Of a stretch of DNA of 64,000 bases, positions 52,827 to 64,000 are shown one piece after another. The translations under genes were made by a program, and so were the position numbers. Numbering within the stretch: the first letter of the stretch is position 1; the number at the start of each line of letters is the position of its first letter. The DNA is from Amoebidium appalachense. Taxonomy: Eukaryota > Protista > Ichthyosporea. The stretch lies in the NCBI GenBank assembly GCA_963693365.1, contig CAVNZM010000003.1, forward strand, positions 717,506 to 781,505. The letters run 5' to 3'. Under the pieces are notes generated by a model, which saw only the letters and a program-made list of their open reading frames with translations, was not told the origin of the DNA and ran no database searches.

Positions 52827-52939
52827 CTCGAGGTGCCACAGTGTACACGTGTACAACACACACACACACACACATACACATGCGCGCGCGCACACACACA
52901 CGCGCGCGCACACACACACATACACGCACACACATACGT

Positions 52940-53009
<70 letters not shown>

Positions 53010-53330
53010 CTGGTGTGTGCATGATCATGTGATGTACTTGCGTACAACGTTTGGTGGTGGTCTTTCTTTTCGCCGTTTCAGCTTCCCTCGATCTCTTGTC
53101 ACAACTTGGTTTTTTTTTTTTTTGCTCCCTTTATTTTAGAAGGTTTGTTTTGTCTATTTGAGAGGTTTTCCCCTTTCCTTTGCCTTTTTCCATTTCTTTC
53201 TTTCACTTTCCTTCTTCTTCTTCTTTTTCTTCCTCTTCCTCTTCTTTTTCTCCTTTTTCTTCCTCCAAAGTTCTTCTTTTTCTTTTTTCTTTCTTTCTTT
53301 TCTTTTTTCGTTTTCTTGTCTTTTTTTTTT

Positions 53331-53374
<44 letters not shown>

Positions 53375-53647
53375 GATACACGTCTTGGCCCCTTGGCCTC
53401 TTATGTCATTAGTTCTTGCACGCTGGAGACATGAATTGGTCGGAAATCTACTCGTTAGGATGACCCAAGTGGGGTGTTTAACTTCTATGTTAGTGGCCTT
53501 AGTGTTGCAAATTTGCAGTCGCGGCCCAGAAGGCCAATAAGTAGCATTCACATGTATGATACTATGGTTCACGGTTATGCAATTTTTTAATGGAATGGTG
53601 TGTGTGTGTGTGTGGGGGGGGGGGGGGTCATCATGCGATCTTGAGTG

Positions 53648-53696
<49 letters not shown>

Positions 53697-53742
53697 GGGG
53701 GGGAGGGGGAGAGAGAGAGAGAGAGAGGGGGGGGGGGGGGGA

Positions 53743-53851
<109 letters not shown>

Positions 53852-54870
53852 AGGGGGGGGGAATCAGATAGATGAAAATTCGTCTTAGTGAGTCAATCAA
53901 TGTACAGTTACGCTTAACACTCAGCTGCCACTTTTATTCACTTCAACGCCCTAACTAGCCGCATCATCTCCCCATGTGTAAACGAAAGGTATTTTGAAAT
54001 TACCAATTGGATCCCCCCCCATCCCAGGCCCAGGTGTAGCTCTAAACCCCACACACAGTGTCATACTCATCTTTTGCATCTGATACTACTATGCTTTCTT
54101 TTTTAAATTTAATTCTAACTAGATTGGATTTAGTGTTATATTTAATACTAAGGCTACGTCTACAGTAATTCTTCCTCAGGGTGAAATCCACCAACTATTC
54201 AGTATGTAGCTCACTCACTACACAACTTTATTAATCTAAAAACTAAGCTAAACCGTTTAAACCCCAACACTATTCACCTACTTCTCCCCCACACCACCAC
54301 CACCAGTAACAACCCCAAAAACCATCACCAATTATATTCTAATACCCCAAACAAACATCATTAACCTAACAATAGCCCACAACACCACCACTAATCTGAT
54401 AATATTTCCCCACAACACTACCATTTATCCATCAAGATATATTTTTTACAGAGCGCCATCTAACTCCCTGCGGAAACCGCTACCAGAAAGATCAACCTAA
54501 TTAGTCAACTTGCACTAAACCTTAACTCAGTCATTCAACCATCAGCCAAAAACACGTTTATACAGTGGCATTCTTCAATCATCGTACATCATCATTAGCC
54601 AAGCGCAGGCACCGAAAAACAAAAATACGAAAAAATCCTTAGGAAATATATTTGCGATCCAAGAAAGACACAATGTGCGGCCCACACCCTCATCTCCGAG
54701 GTCAAAATTTCAAAAACGCGCTGAAATTTCCAAACAGCTTCTTTACGTCTTTCCCAAAAATATTCGTCCATCGTCGGCGACTAGACTTGTCCACATGCGT
54801 GCAATCGTCATCAATCCCTCACTGAAATTTAAAATCGATTTATAGATGAAGCCTCGAAGATGACGTCACT

Positions 54871-63964
<9,094 letters not shown>

Positions 63965-64000
63965 CTGTCCAATGAAAAAAAGGTATTAAATAGTTTAAAG

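Noticed and set aside
54861-54868. TGACGTCA here and at 22346 and 24744 as promoter CREs
   Set aside because: These fall in a 3'UTR or in coding exons.

Overview
Eukaryotic, intron-rich, microsatellite- and homopolymer-laden genomic DNA. It is probably from an opisthokont, possibly a unicellular holozoan (inference from gene content and intron style only). Most ORFs in the supplied track are artefacts of (CA)n/(GT)n and poly-G/C. Manual GT-AG splicing with consistent phases gives six host genes: a class-C-like 7TM receptor with an in-frame TGA in its last helix (+), TTC36 with a duplicated last exon (-), a CRTC/TORC_N-like protein with two tandem CREB-binding-like helices plus an EH1-like motif (-), Vps68/TMEM50 (-), a 4-TM protein with PY-like motifs (+), and the 3' part of a VASt sterol-transfer protein (-). 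Mobile DNA includes three fragments of one LINE family and a 7.36-kb TIR element with an 8-bp TSD. That element encodes an OTU-CXC protein and sits in a LINE 3'UTR whose empty-site homologue is also in the window. There are also hAT-, Kolobok- and Tc1-like non-autonomous elements and a direct-repeat-bounded element with a Gag-like relic ORF. A dispersed repeat with a box C/D snoRNA-like core occurs only in introns, always in the sense orientation. All calls are by eye; no searches were run.
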